Counted from the stretch's first letter, positions 1 through 7,376 are shown. The stretch: 40,263 bases of DNA from an uncultured Clostridia bacterium (GCA_947089305.1 CAMUJQ010000002.1:1-40263); one strand, 5' to 3'. Program-made: numbers and translations. The notes: a model not told the origin generated them from the letters alone.

Positions 1-838
1 ATTTCTCCGCTAACCACAAGTCATCACCGACTATTTCAACAGGCGTGTGTTCGGTCCTCCACGGTGTGTTACCACCGCTTCAACCTGCTCATGGTTAGGT
101 CATCCGGTTTCGGGTCTACAACAACTAACTAAAGCGCCCATTTAAGACTCGCTTTCGCTACGGCTCCGCAACTTAGTTGCTTAACCTCGCTAGTCATCGT
201 AACTCGCCGGCCCGTTCTACAAAAAGTACGAGATCACACATTCCATTGCTGGCATAGTGCTCTCTCAGTTTGTAAGCATATGGTTTCAGTTTCTATTTCA
301 CTCCCCTCCCGGGGTTCTTTTCACCTTTCCTTCACAGTACTTGTTCACTATCGGTCACTTGGTCGTATTTAGCCTTAGGAGATGGACCTCCTATCTTCAC
401 ACCGGGTTTCTCGTGTCCTGTGCTACTCTGGATACTAACAGCTGATATATTAACTTCGAATACGGGGCTATAACCCTGTTTCGCCATGTTTTCCAAACAT
501 GTTCTTCTCGTTTCAATCTCACTTTATGTTAGTCCTAAACCCCAATTGTGTTACCACAATTGGTTTGGGCTGTTCCGCGTTCGCTCTCCACTACTAACAG
601 AATCGCTAATTTGCTCTCTTTTCCTGCAGGTACTTAGATGTTTCAGTTCCCTGCGTTCCCTTCTCGTAAGCTATGTATTTACTTACGGATGACTAGAAAT
701 TACTCTAGCCGTGTTGCCACATTCGGATATCTATGGATCAATGTTTATAGCAGCTCCCCATAGCTTTTCGCAGCTTATCACGTCCTTCTTCGGCGCCAAG
801 TGCCAAGGCATCCACCATACGCTCTTTGTAGCTTGATC
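1..838 (-). rRNA. rrl: 23S rRNA, 5' ~840 nt (gene continues past the window start)
   Basis: Reverse complement reads GATCAAGCTACAAAGAGCGTATGGTGGATGCCTTGGCAC (canonical 23S 5' end, plus-strand ~800-838). It also contains GGGAACTGAAACATCTAAGTACC, CCGATAGTGAACAAGTACTGTGAAGGAAAGGTGAAAAGAACCCC and GGAGGACCGAAC. Track ORFs 257-445 and 486-692 lie inside it and are artefacts. Confidence 0.93.
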
Positions 839-920
839 GTATGCTTTAAATTACTTTTTTTAATTGTAAAAATGTCTCTCGTTTATTTTGTTAATTACTT
901 AACTCGACTAATTGAATTTA

Positions 921-934
921 GTTTGTTAAGATAC
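921..934 (-). promoter_or_regulatory. boxA-like antitermination element in the rRNA leader
   Basis: Minus strand reads GTATCTTAACAAAC, resembling the E. coli rrn boxA core CTCTTTAACAA. It lies ~85 nt upstream of the 23S 5' end. Confidence 0.3.
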
Positions 935-1079
935 GCATTACCAAATTCTAATAATTTTAATTTAATATAATTTGATGATGCTATAATAATACTTTTTATA
1001 TGCAGTTGTCAGTGTTCACAACCTAATTAAAATTAGGTTCTGCCTGCCCAAAGTCGTCTGGGCGCGTAGCAGTATTTGT

Positions 1080-1109
1080 AGTATACTACATATCAATATC
1101 GTTTGTCAA
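1080..1109 (-). promoter_or_regulatory. rRNA promoter P2 (TTGACA-N18-TATACT)
   Basis: Minus strand: TTGACA (1104-1109), 18-nt spacer, TATACT (1080-1085). It points toward the 23S gene. Confidence 0.5.
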
Positions 1110-1179
1110 CAGTTTTTTACAAATTTTTTAAACTTTTTTTATGTGCATTTTGCACAAATATTTGACATGCAGTGTTACA

Positions 1180-1208
1180 ATTATATGCTAACAAATTCTA
1201 ATTGTCAA
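1180..1208 (-). promoter_or_regulatory. rRNA promoter P1 (perfect consensus TTGACA-N17-TATAAT)
   Basis: Minus strand: TTGACA (1203-1208), 17-nt spacer, TATAAT (1180-1185). It sits ~100 nt upstream of P2, a tandem arrangement typical of rrn operons. Confidence 0.6.
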
Positions 1209-1254
1209 CCAGATTTAAAAAAAACTTATAAAATATTTTTACAAGTTTTTATGT

Positions 1255-1614
1255 TTATCTCTTAAGTTTAGAATCACTAGCACTAATTGCACTTAAATAT
1301 TGTGCTGGTGTTAATATCTTTGCGTAATAACTATCTAAATAATATATCTCTTGTTTAATTAAACAACTTTCATCTACTTCGCAAACAGCATAAAATTCTT
1401 TTGATTTTAAGCTCTTTAAATTTTCCGTGAAAAAATCAATTGCCCCACAATTACTCATTCCTCTTTTTGCAATTTCACTATCGGTGTAATATTTAATTAC
1501 TGAAACTGCATTATGATTATAATAGCTTTTTCCAGCCAATTTGAACTCGTGAAGTTTTTCGCTTTCTTCTTTTGTTTTGGCTAATTTTACAACAACAAAT
1601 TTTACTTCTTCCAT
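1255..1614 (-). CDS. Hypothetical small protein, paralog 1 of a 4-gene tandem array (shortest member, lacks the PIG segment)
   Basis: 119-aa ORF. It shares the N-terminal F-V-V-V-K-L-A strand motif, the FYAV motif and a C-terminal IY..(Y)L motif with the three upstream ORFs. AAGGTAG precedes the ATG and overlaps the stop of paralog 2. Confidence 0.7.
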   Translation of the reverse strand: MEEVKFVVVKLAKTKEESEKLHEFKLAGKSYYNHNAVSVIKYYTDSEIAKRGMSNCGAIDFFTENLKSLKSKEFYAVCEVDESCLIKQEIYYLDSYYAKILTPAQYLSAISASDSKLKR

Positions 1615-1619
1615 TTTTT

Positions 1620-2048
1620 CTACCTTTTAACTGTTTTTATCGCATTTATTTTTTTAAGATAACTTTTCTCTCTCCCATAAATAAGCGAACCATCTGCCCT
1701 AGGTGCACAAAGTAGTGACACTATATTATATTCTCCAATTGGGCACTCCGCACTACGAGATAAAATTTCCTCATCAGTTTCACCTTTATCAATAATTTGC
1801 GCAACTGCATAAATTTGTTTTGGCTTTAAACTATCAATCTCATGAACAATAATTGCATTACCTATTCCAAATTGATCTTGCATGCTTCCAGATATTTTTT
1901 TTATATCAGACATCGTATACATAGAACAAACACCAGTTATGCAACTTTCAGCAAATTCAACTTTATTTAAACTACATTGCTCATTAGTCAAAACTTCTGA
2001 TTTATTTCGTGCTAATTTAACTAGCACATATTTTGGCAACTCTCTCAT
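1620..2048 (-). CDS. Hypothetical small protein, paralog 2 of the tandem array
   Basis: 142-aa ORF with motifs YVLVKLA, IYAVAQIID, CPIG and SYLKKI. GAGGG lies just upstream of the ATG. There is a 10-nt gap to paralog 3. Confidence 0.75.
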   Translation of the reverse strand: MRELPKYVLVKLARNKSEVLTNEQCSLNKVEFAESCITGVCSMYTMSDIKKISGSMQDQFGIGNAIIVHEIDSLKPKQIYAVAQIIDKGETDEEILSRSAECPIGEYNIVSLLCAPRADGSLIYGREKSYLKKINAIKTVKR

Positions 2049-2058
2049 AATCCCTCAA

Positions 2059-2517
2059 TTAAATTTTAATGATATTTTCTTTGTTTACTACTTTTAAATA
2101 ATTTTCCTTTGTAAGAGTATCTACTACTTTTTGCTTTTCAACTTTTTCAATACTAGAATCAATAATACAATTAGGCAATTTTATAGGACAACTTCTAATT
2201 AAAAAAACATTTTTCTCATTTAATTCATTCAAATGTAAAAATTTAATTCCCGCATAATAACCATCATCTAAATCTTCTTCATTAATATTTTTACAAAGTT
2301 CATTATATATATTAAAATTAACACCCGTTTTTTCTCTTCTTATCTTGCGGGCTTGCGTTTCAGTGCAAGCACTTACTAACTCAACAATACATCTTTCAAC
2401 ACATCTAACTTTTTCAATATTTTCATTGTTTACAATACTGTTTAAATCTCCTGCCAATTTAACTATGGCATATCTTGGAGTTGCATCCTTAAACTTATTT
2501 AAAATATCCTTAAACAT
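2059..2517 (-). CDS. Hypothetical small protein, paralog 3 of the tandem array
   Basis: 152-aa ORF with motifs YAIVKLA, YYAG, CPIK and NYLKVV. Its GGAGA SD lies inside the last codons of paralog 4 (GGAGATTTTAATTATG). Confidence 0.75.
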   Translation of the reverse strand: MFKDILNKFKDATPRYAIVKLAGDLNSIVNNENIEKVRCVERCIVELVSACTETQARKIRREKTGVNFNIYNELCKNINEEDLDDGYYAGIKFLHLNELNEKNVFLIRSCPIKLPNCIIDSSIEKVEKQKVVDTLTKENYLKVVNKENIIKI

Positions 2518-2519
2518 AA

Positions 2520-2957
2520 TTAAAATCTCCTTAAAAATCTTTTATTATTAGCAATTGCTTTTAAATATCCCTCTGTTTCTATATCATATATTTCATCTTT
2601 ATTCCAGTAACAGCAAGGATTGGTTAAAACTATAATTCTTCCAATTGGTGAAGCATTTGCTCTTTTGATTAAAGCTTCATCCTTTTCATAATTATCTATA
2701 GGCGCAGCAACTGCATAATAATTGTTGTTTTCAAACCTTTCAATATTACGTTTCATTCTCTCAACCATATAATTATGTAATAAGTCTTTTTTATCTTTAT
2801 TTTTACATCTAGAAAAAATTACATTAGCTTCTTCTTTTGTAAATATAGTAAGTATTTTTTCACAACAATTTTCAATAACTGTGTTATTATCAAACTTTTT
2901 AATTTCTTTACTTCTAGGATTAGCAAGTTTTACAATAAAATATATCTTATTTTTCAT
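2520..2957 (-). CDS. Hypothetical small protein, paralog 4 (first gene) of the tandem array
   Basis: 145-aa ORF with motifs YFIVKLA, YYAVAAPID, SPIG and GYLKAI. An AGAGG SD precedes the ATG. Confidence 0.75.
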   Translation of the reverse strand: MKNKIYFIVKLANPRSKEIKKFDNNTVIENCCEKILTIFTKEEANVIFSRCKNKDKKDLLHNYMVERMKRNIERFENNNYYAVAAPIDNYEKDEALIKRANASPIGRIIVLTNPCCYWNKDEIYDIETEGYLKAIANNKRFLRRF

Positions 2958-2975
2958 ATTAACCTCTTATACTTT

Positions 2976-3005
2976 ATTATAAAACACTACAATAGGCAAA
3001 GTCAA
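2976..3005 (-). promoter_or_regulatory. Promoter of the 4-paralog operon (TTGACT-N18-TATAAT)
   Basis: Minus strand: TTGACT (3000-3005), 18-nt spacer, TATAAT (2976-2981). It lies in the 55-nt gap upstream of paralog 4. Confidence 0.5.
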
Positions 3006-3012
3006 TAGGCAT

Positions 3013-3555
3013 TTAATTTTTTCTTAACTTATATTTTTTATTATTTTTAAAAAAAGCATTACCATTATAAATTAATTCACAACCTCTATTATATAAATTC
3101 AAGGCTTTTTCTTTATTAACATTTTTTAAAAACACTTGTAAATATAAAGAAAGAAATCTTATCAGATTGTTTTCTTTTTCATCAAAATTAAATTCTCTAA
3201 AATTATCTAGTGATTCTATATATGCTTCAACATCATTTTTATTACTTAATAATTTTGCAGCATTCTCAATTTCTAAAAAACGTATGAAATGATCTCCTTT
3301 TCGATTTTCAAACTTCACATTATCATCAGAACCAACTACTTTTTTAACTTCAAATTTTAAATTACCCTTTTTGACTTTTGGCATAAAATAAAAACGTTTT
3401 TCTTCTTCTGCGTTTTTTTCTATATAATTAATAACTATTGCCATATCATTTTTATCAAAGCCACAAAAATTTGCATTAACAAATAAATTTATGAATTCTT
3501 GTATATTAATTTGTTCGCAGCATTTTATATTTACTAAGTCTAAATATTTTCTCAT
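3013..3555 (-). CDS. Hypothetical protein (180 aa), no recognisable motif
   Basis: Long ORF with an AAAGGA SD upstream of the ATG. No TM segment, signal peptide or familiar catalytic motif is visible. Confidence 0.6.
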   Translation of the reverse strand: MRKYLDLVNIKCCEQINIQEFINLFVNANFCGFDKNDMAIVINYIEKNAEEEKRFYFMPKVKKGNLKFEVKKVVGSDDNVKFENRKGDHFIRFLEIENAAKLLSNKNDVEAYIESLDNFREFNFDEKENNLIRFLSLYLQVFLKNVNKEKALNLYNRGCELIYNGNAFFKNNKKYKLRKN

Positions 3556-3571
3556 AAATTCCTTTAATCAG

Positions 3572-3597
3572 TAAAAAACCACAAATCAATGTGGTTT
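3572..3597 (-). terminator. Rho-independent terminator after pfkA
   Basis: Minus strand: AAACCACA-TTGATT-TGTGGTTT followed by a T run. The 5' arm overlaps the pfkA stop codon. Confidence 0.6.
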
Positions 3598-4555
3598 ACT
3601 CACTATATAACATATTATATAATCCTAAATCTGTGTTATTAGGCTCTTTCAAGGCTTCTTCAACAGGAAGATGAAATGCCTGACCATTCTTTACACCAAC
3701 AACATTAAAATATTCTTTATTATTAACTAAATTAGAACATTCAAATGCTAGTTTTGCCGCAAGTTCTCTATCAAAGCCACTTGCATCAGCACCTCTTTGA
3801 GCATAGCCATTTATAAACACTTTAACATCACGCCCTGTTTTCTCTTTTAATAAATCAGCAAAACCTTCTAAATTAATATTTTTTTCAGCTGCAACAATTA
3901 GAGCGTCGCCTTTTGTTTTAATAGTTTTTGCAATTTTAGTAGTAAGTTTTTTCAAATCAACAGAATCTTCTTTAATTATACAATAATCAGCACCACAACC
4001 AATTGCAGTAGCCAAAGTTAGTTTGCCACAATCACGCCCCATAATTTCAACAACTGGAATTTTGTTTTGACTATATGTACTCATGCAAAGCGCTTTAATT
4101 AAACTTATGTTTGCATTTCTTGCTGAATCAAAACCCAAACTATAATCTGTATAAAATATATCGTTATCAATTGTCGCAGGAATTCCTATTGTTGTAAGCC
4201 CATAAGGTTTACCATCTAACATTCCTCTAAACGAACCGTTTCCGCCAATTACAACAACACATTCAACAGCCATTTTCTTTGCATTCTTTGCAGCAATTTT
4301 TCTTCCTTCTTCAGTTAAATATCTTGCACTTCTGCCAGCACGAATAACACATCCACCACGATTAATGCTGTGTATTAACTCATCAGAAGTTAGTTTAACG
4401 AATTGGTTATTAATTAATCCATCATAACCACCTTCTATTCCAAACACTTCAAAATTAAGTCTTTCTAATTGTTTTGTTAAATAATAAAGACAAGCATTCA
4501 TTCCTGCTCCATCTCCACCACTTGCCATAACTGCAATACGTCTTTGTTTTGTCAT
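3596..4555 (-). CDS. pfkA: ATP-dependent 6-phosphofructokinase
   Basis: N-terminal RIAVMASGGDGAGMNA, then IGGNGSFRG, GIPATIDND, MGRDCG and GYAQRGG-like motifs characteristic of PfkA. Length is 319 aa. Confidence 0.9.
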   Translation of the reverse strand: MTKQRRIAVMASGGDGAGMNACLYYLTKQLERLNFEVFGIEGGYDGLINNQFVKLTSDELIHSINRGGCVIRAGRSARYLTEEGRKIAAKNAKKMAVECVVVIGGNGSFRGMLDGKPYGLTTIGIPATIDNDIFYTDYSLGFDSARNANISLIKALCMSTYSQNKIPVVEIMGRDCGKLTLATAIGCGADYCIIKEDSVDLKKLTTKIAKTIKTKGDALIVAAEKNINLEGFADLLKEKTGRDVKVFINGYAQRGADASGFDRELAAKLAFECSNLVNNKEYFNVVGVKNGQAFHLPVEEALKEPNNTDLGLYNMLYSE

Positions 4556-4573
4556 AATTTTTACCCGCCTTAT

Positions 4574-5212
4574 TTACATATATATTTTTACAAAATCTTT
4601 TAAACAATTAAGCATAAACTCAAATTCATAACGAGTTAGAACTGTTTTAGTATCGTCTTCACACCCGATAGAATGAATAACATATCTATCTCCAATTTGT
4701 TTTATTGCCCCCAAGTATAAAGGATTTTGTAGTAAACTTATATAAAGTTCATAAATTAAATTTTGATATTCCTCACTTCTTCTAGAAATTAATTTTCCTT
4801 TAAAGCAAATGCATTGTATTTTAGTCCAGTCAAAATTTGATGAACATTTTATATTGTTAGAATCTAATTGAGCATAGTTGAACAACATTTTTTGCGTTTT
4901 TTTATCAACAAACTTTATTCCTTGGAAAAATGCTTCAGCACTATGCAACTTTATCCCCTTAAAATAAAATTCGTATGGAAATAAATTAGACAAACATTTT
5001 GAAAGTGGATTTTTTAACTTATACCCAACATTAATCCATTTTTCACTTTCAGGAATTATGTTTCCATCTTTATCTTTAAGCAAGCATCCATCACAATATA
5101 ATTCATTATTTTTTGTTTCAAATGTTTTATATTCAAATTTATAATTTTGTTTAAATGCTATAAACTTTTTCAAAAGCTTCTTTATTTTGAATTTACTAGC
5201 CAAACTTTGCAT
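4574..5212 (-). CDS. NADAR (YbiA/DUF1768-like) domain protein
   Basis: LSNLFPYEFYFKGIKLHSAEAFFQGIKF matches the NADAR signature (SNF-P..F...G..Y.S.EH-FQ..KF). An AAAGGAGA SD is present. Confidence 0.6.
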   Translation of the reverse strand: MQSLASKFKIKKLLKKFIAFKQNYKFEYKTFETKNNELYCDGCLLKDKDGNIIPESEKWINVGYKLKNPLSKCLSNLFPYEFYFKGIKLHSAEAFFQGIKFVDKKTQKMLFNYAQLDSNNIKCSSNFDWTKIQCICFKGKLISRRSEEYQNLIYELYISLLQNPLYLGAIKQIGDRYVIHSIGCEDDTKTVLTRYEFEFMLNCLKDFVKIYM

Positions 5213-5269
5213 TTATTCTCCTTTGACAATACTAATATATTATCAAAAAAACTAAGATTTGGCAAGCAA

Positions 5270-6280
5270 TTAAAATATCAAATCAATTATAAAACCTACA
5301 ATTGTTGAAATAAAATACAATACCCCTAAAATTGCAAAATTTTCTTTAATATTTTTATTTTGTTTAAATAGAACTACAAAGGCTATTCCAGCGTTGGCAC
5401 AAAGACCAGCAAAAGCTGCCCCAAAACTTATCATTCCATTAACTAAACAAGAAGCAATAATTACACTAGATGCACAATTTGGAATCAACCCAACAAGCCC
5501 AACTAAAAAAGGTGCAAATAAATTTGTAGAACCAATAAAATTAGTTATTTTATCTGCCCCTACAAAATATATTAATAAACCAAACGCAAGCGTGGCAACA
5601 AAAATATATATACTAACAATTAATGTATGTATAATTGGATGAATAATTAAAGCTTTAGTTTTGCTCTCATGGATTTTATGATGATGACAGCCAAATTCAG
5701 CATTGTCACAACTTTGAGCTAATTGCTCATCATGAGAATGTTCGTGTTCACTTTTATTTTGTTCTTTTATTTTTTGATTGGCATCATCACAACAAGTTTC
5801 TTTTTTATCCGCTTCAACCAAAACTTCTTGAGTAACTGCTTTATTCTTAACTTTAAGTTCAATTGAAGCATTTTCTTTTTTTGTTTTTCTATTAATAATA
5901 AAATTAAAAATATATCCCACAATAATAGCTAAAACAAATTTACCAACTAACAATGGAATTAATTGTAATGCCGACTTTGCCCCGCCACCTAACATTATAG
6001 GAATAGCCTCATCACTAGTTGTTATAAAAATTGCTAGCAAAGTTCCAATTGCAATTTTTTTAGAAGAATATAAATTTGCTGCAACCACACTAAACCCGCA
6101 TTGTGGAATTAATCCAACAGCTGACGCAAACAAGGGCGATAAGTTCCCATTTAAAAACTTTGAATGGTAAACTTTTTTAGACGCTTTAAATTCAAAATAT
6201 TCTATTAAAAAATTTGCTATTAATAAAATAGGTAAAATCTTTAAAGTATCTAAAAACGCATCTAAAACAACTTCCCACAT
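5270..6280 (-). CDS. Multi-pass membrane protein, ArsP_2-like putative metal permease with a His/Cys-rich loop
   Basis: GLIPQCGFSVVAANLY and TTSDEAIPIM are repeated in the C-terminal half as GLIPNCASSVIIASC. The central loop reads SEHEHSHDE...CHHHKIH. Start is set at ATG 6280, because the GTG at 6286 is only 1 nt from the -10 box. Confidence 0.6.
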   Translation of the reverse strand: MWEVVLDAFLDTLKILPILLIANFLIEYFEFKASKKVYHSKFLNGNLSPLFASAVGLIPQCGFSVVAANLYSSKKIAIGTLLAIFITTSDEAIPIMLGGGAKSALQLIPLLVGKFVLAIIVGYIFNFIINRKTKKENASIELKVKNKAVTQEVLVEADKKETCCDDANQKIKEQNKSEHEHSHDEQLAQSCDNAEFGCHHHKIHESKTKALIIHPIIHTLIVSIYIFVATLAFGLLIYFVGADKITNFIGSTNLFAPFLVGLVGLIPNCASSVIIASCLVNGMISFGAAFAGLCANAGIAFVVLFKQNKNIKENFAILGVLYFISTIVGFIIDLIF

Positions 6281-6296
6281 ACACACTAATATACCA

Positions 6297-6335
6297 CAAA
6301 AAAAGAAAAACTTACAATAATATTTGTAAGTTTTT
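6297..6335 (-). terminator. Rho-independent terminator after lepB
   Basis: Perfect 12-bp stem AAAAACTTACAA/TTGTAAGTTTTT with a 6-nt loop, followed by a T run on the minus strand. Confidence 0.65.
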
Positions 6336-6348
6336 TTAAAAATTTTGT

Positions 6349-7089
6349 CTAAAATTTTAATTGAAATTTAAACCAAAATGATTTCCACATATTTTCAGCA
6401 GTCCCTTTTATTGGGTCATAATGTAAAATAAAATCAATTCTACCAAGACAAATTGTAAATGGTCCATAATATGCTGAATCTGTACTGTTATCTCTGTTAT
6501 CACCCAAAACAAAATATTCGTCGTCTTTTAAAAGTAATGGTTTATCCACAGGTAAATTATGTGCAATTTTATAACTTAATAACTGTTGATATTTTTTTAA
6601 ATTACTCATACCATCACTAACATAATCTTCTTCTAAAATAATAGTTTCTTGAGTATTTCTTTTCTTTAATGTAATTTTATAATCTGTTTGACGAGTTACT
6701 TTACCATTTTCTCCTTCAACGTCTTCAACAACTTTAATAATATCAACTTCGTCTCCACCCGTTGCAATAACTCGTTTAATTAAATTTAGCACATTTCCTT
6801 TTTGGTCTTTGATGTTTTCATCTTTAAACACACCTATTTCACCATGCTTTGGCATAGCATTTTTACAAGCATAAACTATATCCTCTTTATCCGCGCCATA
6901 CATATTAAGAGTAGGTTGCATTGAAGCTCCTGATACTTTATATACATCATATCTAAAATCAAATTGAACAACAAAAAACGTAACCAAAATTGCAATAAAT
7001 ACAAAAACAAATAGAAAAACACTCCCAACGGCGGAAGCCTTCTTTTTTTGCGCCCTTTCATCTACAACTTGATTATTTTTAAATTTCAT
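6349..7089 (-). CDS. lepB: Signal peptidase I (S26 family)
   Basis: N-terminal TM anchor, catalytic Ser box VSGASMQPTL, IKRVIATGGD, and GDNRDNSTDS box E. Confidence 0.88.
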   Translation of the reverse strand: MKFKNNQVVDERAQKKKASAVGSVFLFVFVFIAILVTFFVVQFDFRYDVYKVSGASMQPTLNMYGADKEDIVYACKNAMPKHGEIGVFKDENIKDQKGNVLNLIKRVIATGGDEVDIIKVVEDVEGENGKVTRQTDYKITLKKRNTQETIILEEDYVSDGMSNLKKYQQLLSYKIAHNLPVDKPLLLKDDEYFVLGDNRDNSTDSAYYGPFTICLGRIDFILHYDPIKGTAENMWKSFWFKFQLKF

Positions 7090-7097
7090 ATACTATA

Positions 7098-7126
7098 ATT
7101 ATAGCATATTAGAGGCCAAAATACAA
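7098..7126 (-). promoter_or_regulatory. lepB promoter with extended -10, placed for a leaderless transcript
   Basis: Minus strand: TTGTAT (7121-7126), N17 ending in TGC, TATAAT (7098-7103), then only 8 nt (TATAGTAT) before ATG 7089. No SD is present. Confidence 0.5.
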
Positions 7127-7150
7127 CAGTTTATTAAAATTTTATTTTAA

Positions 7151-7273
7151 TTATAAATCGTCTGCATCCTGCTCTGGCTTATCATTAACATCTATATTTG
7201 TTCCAGTGTAACTCCCTCCAGGATCGCCCTTTTTAATAAATTTTTTCTTTTTTAAAAAATTAAATCTTTCCAT
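7151..7273 (-). CDS. Possible unannotated 40-aa ORF (MERFNFLKKKKFIKKGDPGGSYTGTNIDVNDKPEQDADDL)
   Basis: Below the ORF-track cutoff. It lies in a locally GC-richer patch of an otherwise AT-rich 285-nt gap. No SD; TTGAAT-N17-TAAAAC lies 7 nt upstream of the ATG. Confidence 0.3.
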   Translation of the reverse strand: MERFNFLKKKKFIKKGDPGGSYTGTNIDVNDKPEQDADDL

Positions 7274-7348
7274 AATTTTAGTTTTAGTTATCTACTAGCT
7301 TTTATTCAATTGTTTAATTTTCTTTATATTAAATTAATTTAAAATCTA

Positions 7349-7376
7349 TAAAAAAATCACAAATTAAATGTGATTT
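7349..7376 (-). terminator. Rho-independent terminator after the P-loop kinase gene
   Basis: Minus strand: AAATCACA-TTTAATT-TGTGATTT plus a T run. The 5' arm overlaps the stop codon at 7375-7377. Confidence 0.55.

Noticed and set aside
257-692. Two plus-strand ORFs (62 and 68 aa) in the ORF track
   Set aside because: They lie entirely within the 23S rRNA gene, antisense to it. They are artefacts of translating rRNA.
1142-1156. Palindrome TGTGC-ATTTT-GCACA between the two rRNA promoters, a possible operator
   Set aside because: It has only 5-bp arms. That is too short to distinguish from chance, and it matches no operator consensus I can name confidently.
839-1254. Searched the rRNA upstream region for a 16S 3' end, spacer tRNA (Ile/Ala) or 5S gene
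   Set aside because: There is no anti-SD-containing 16S tail, no cloverleaf-capable GC-rich segment and no conserved rRNA motif. The region is an AT-rich leader with promoters only.
5394-5642. Antisense or nested ORFs in the track (5394-5642, 6876-7061, 7931-8128, 8703-9014, 9272-9478, 10496-11198, 15248-15741, 16510-16692, 20108-20305, 22107-22896, 24233-24460, 25594-25875, 30158-30433, 33928-34143, 35259-35465, 36648-36848, 38043-38258)
   Set aside because: All are embedded in longer ORFs with clear homology or better coding features. They have low-complexity or hydrophobic nonsense composition typical of AT-rich antisense frames, and none has an SD.
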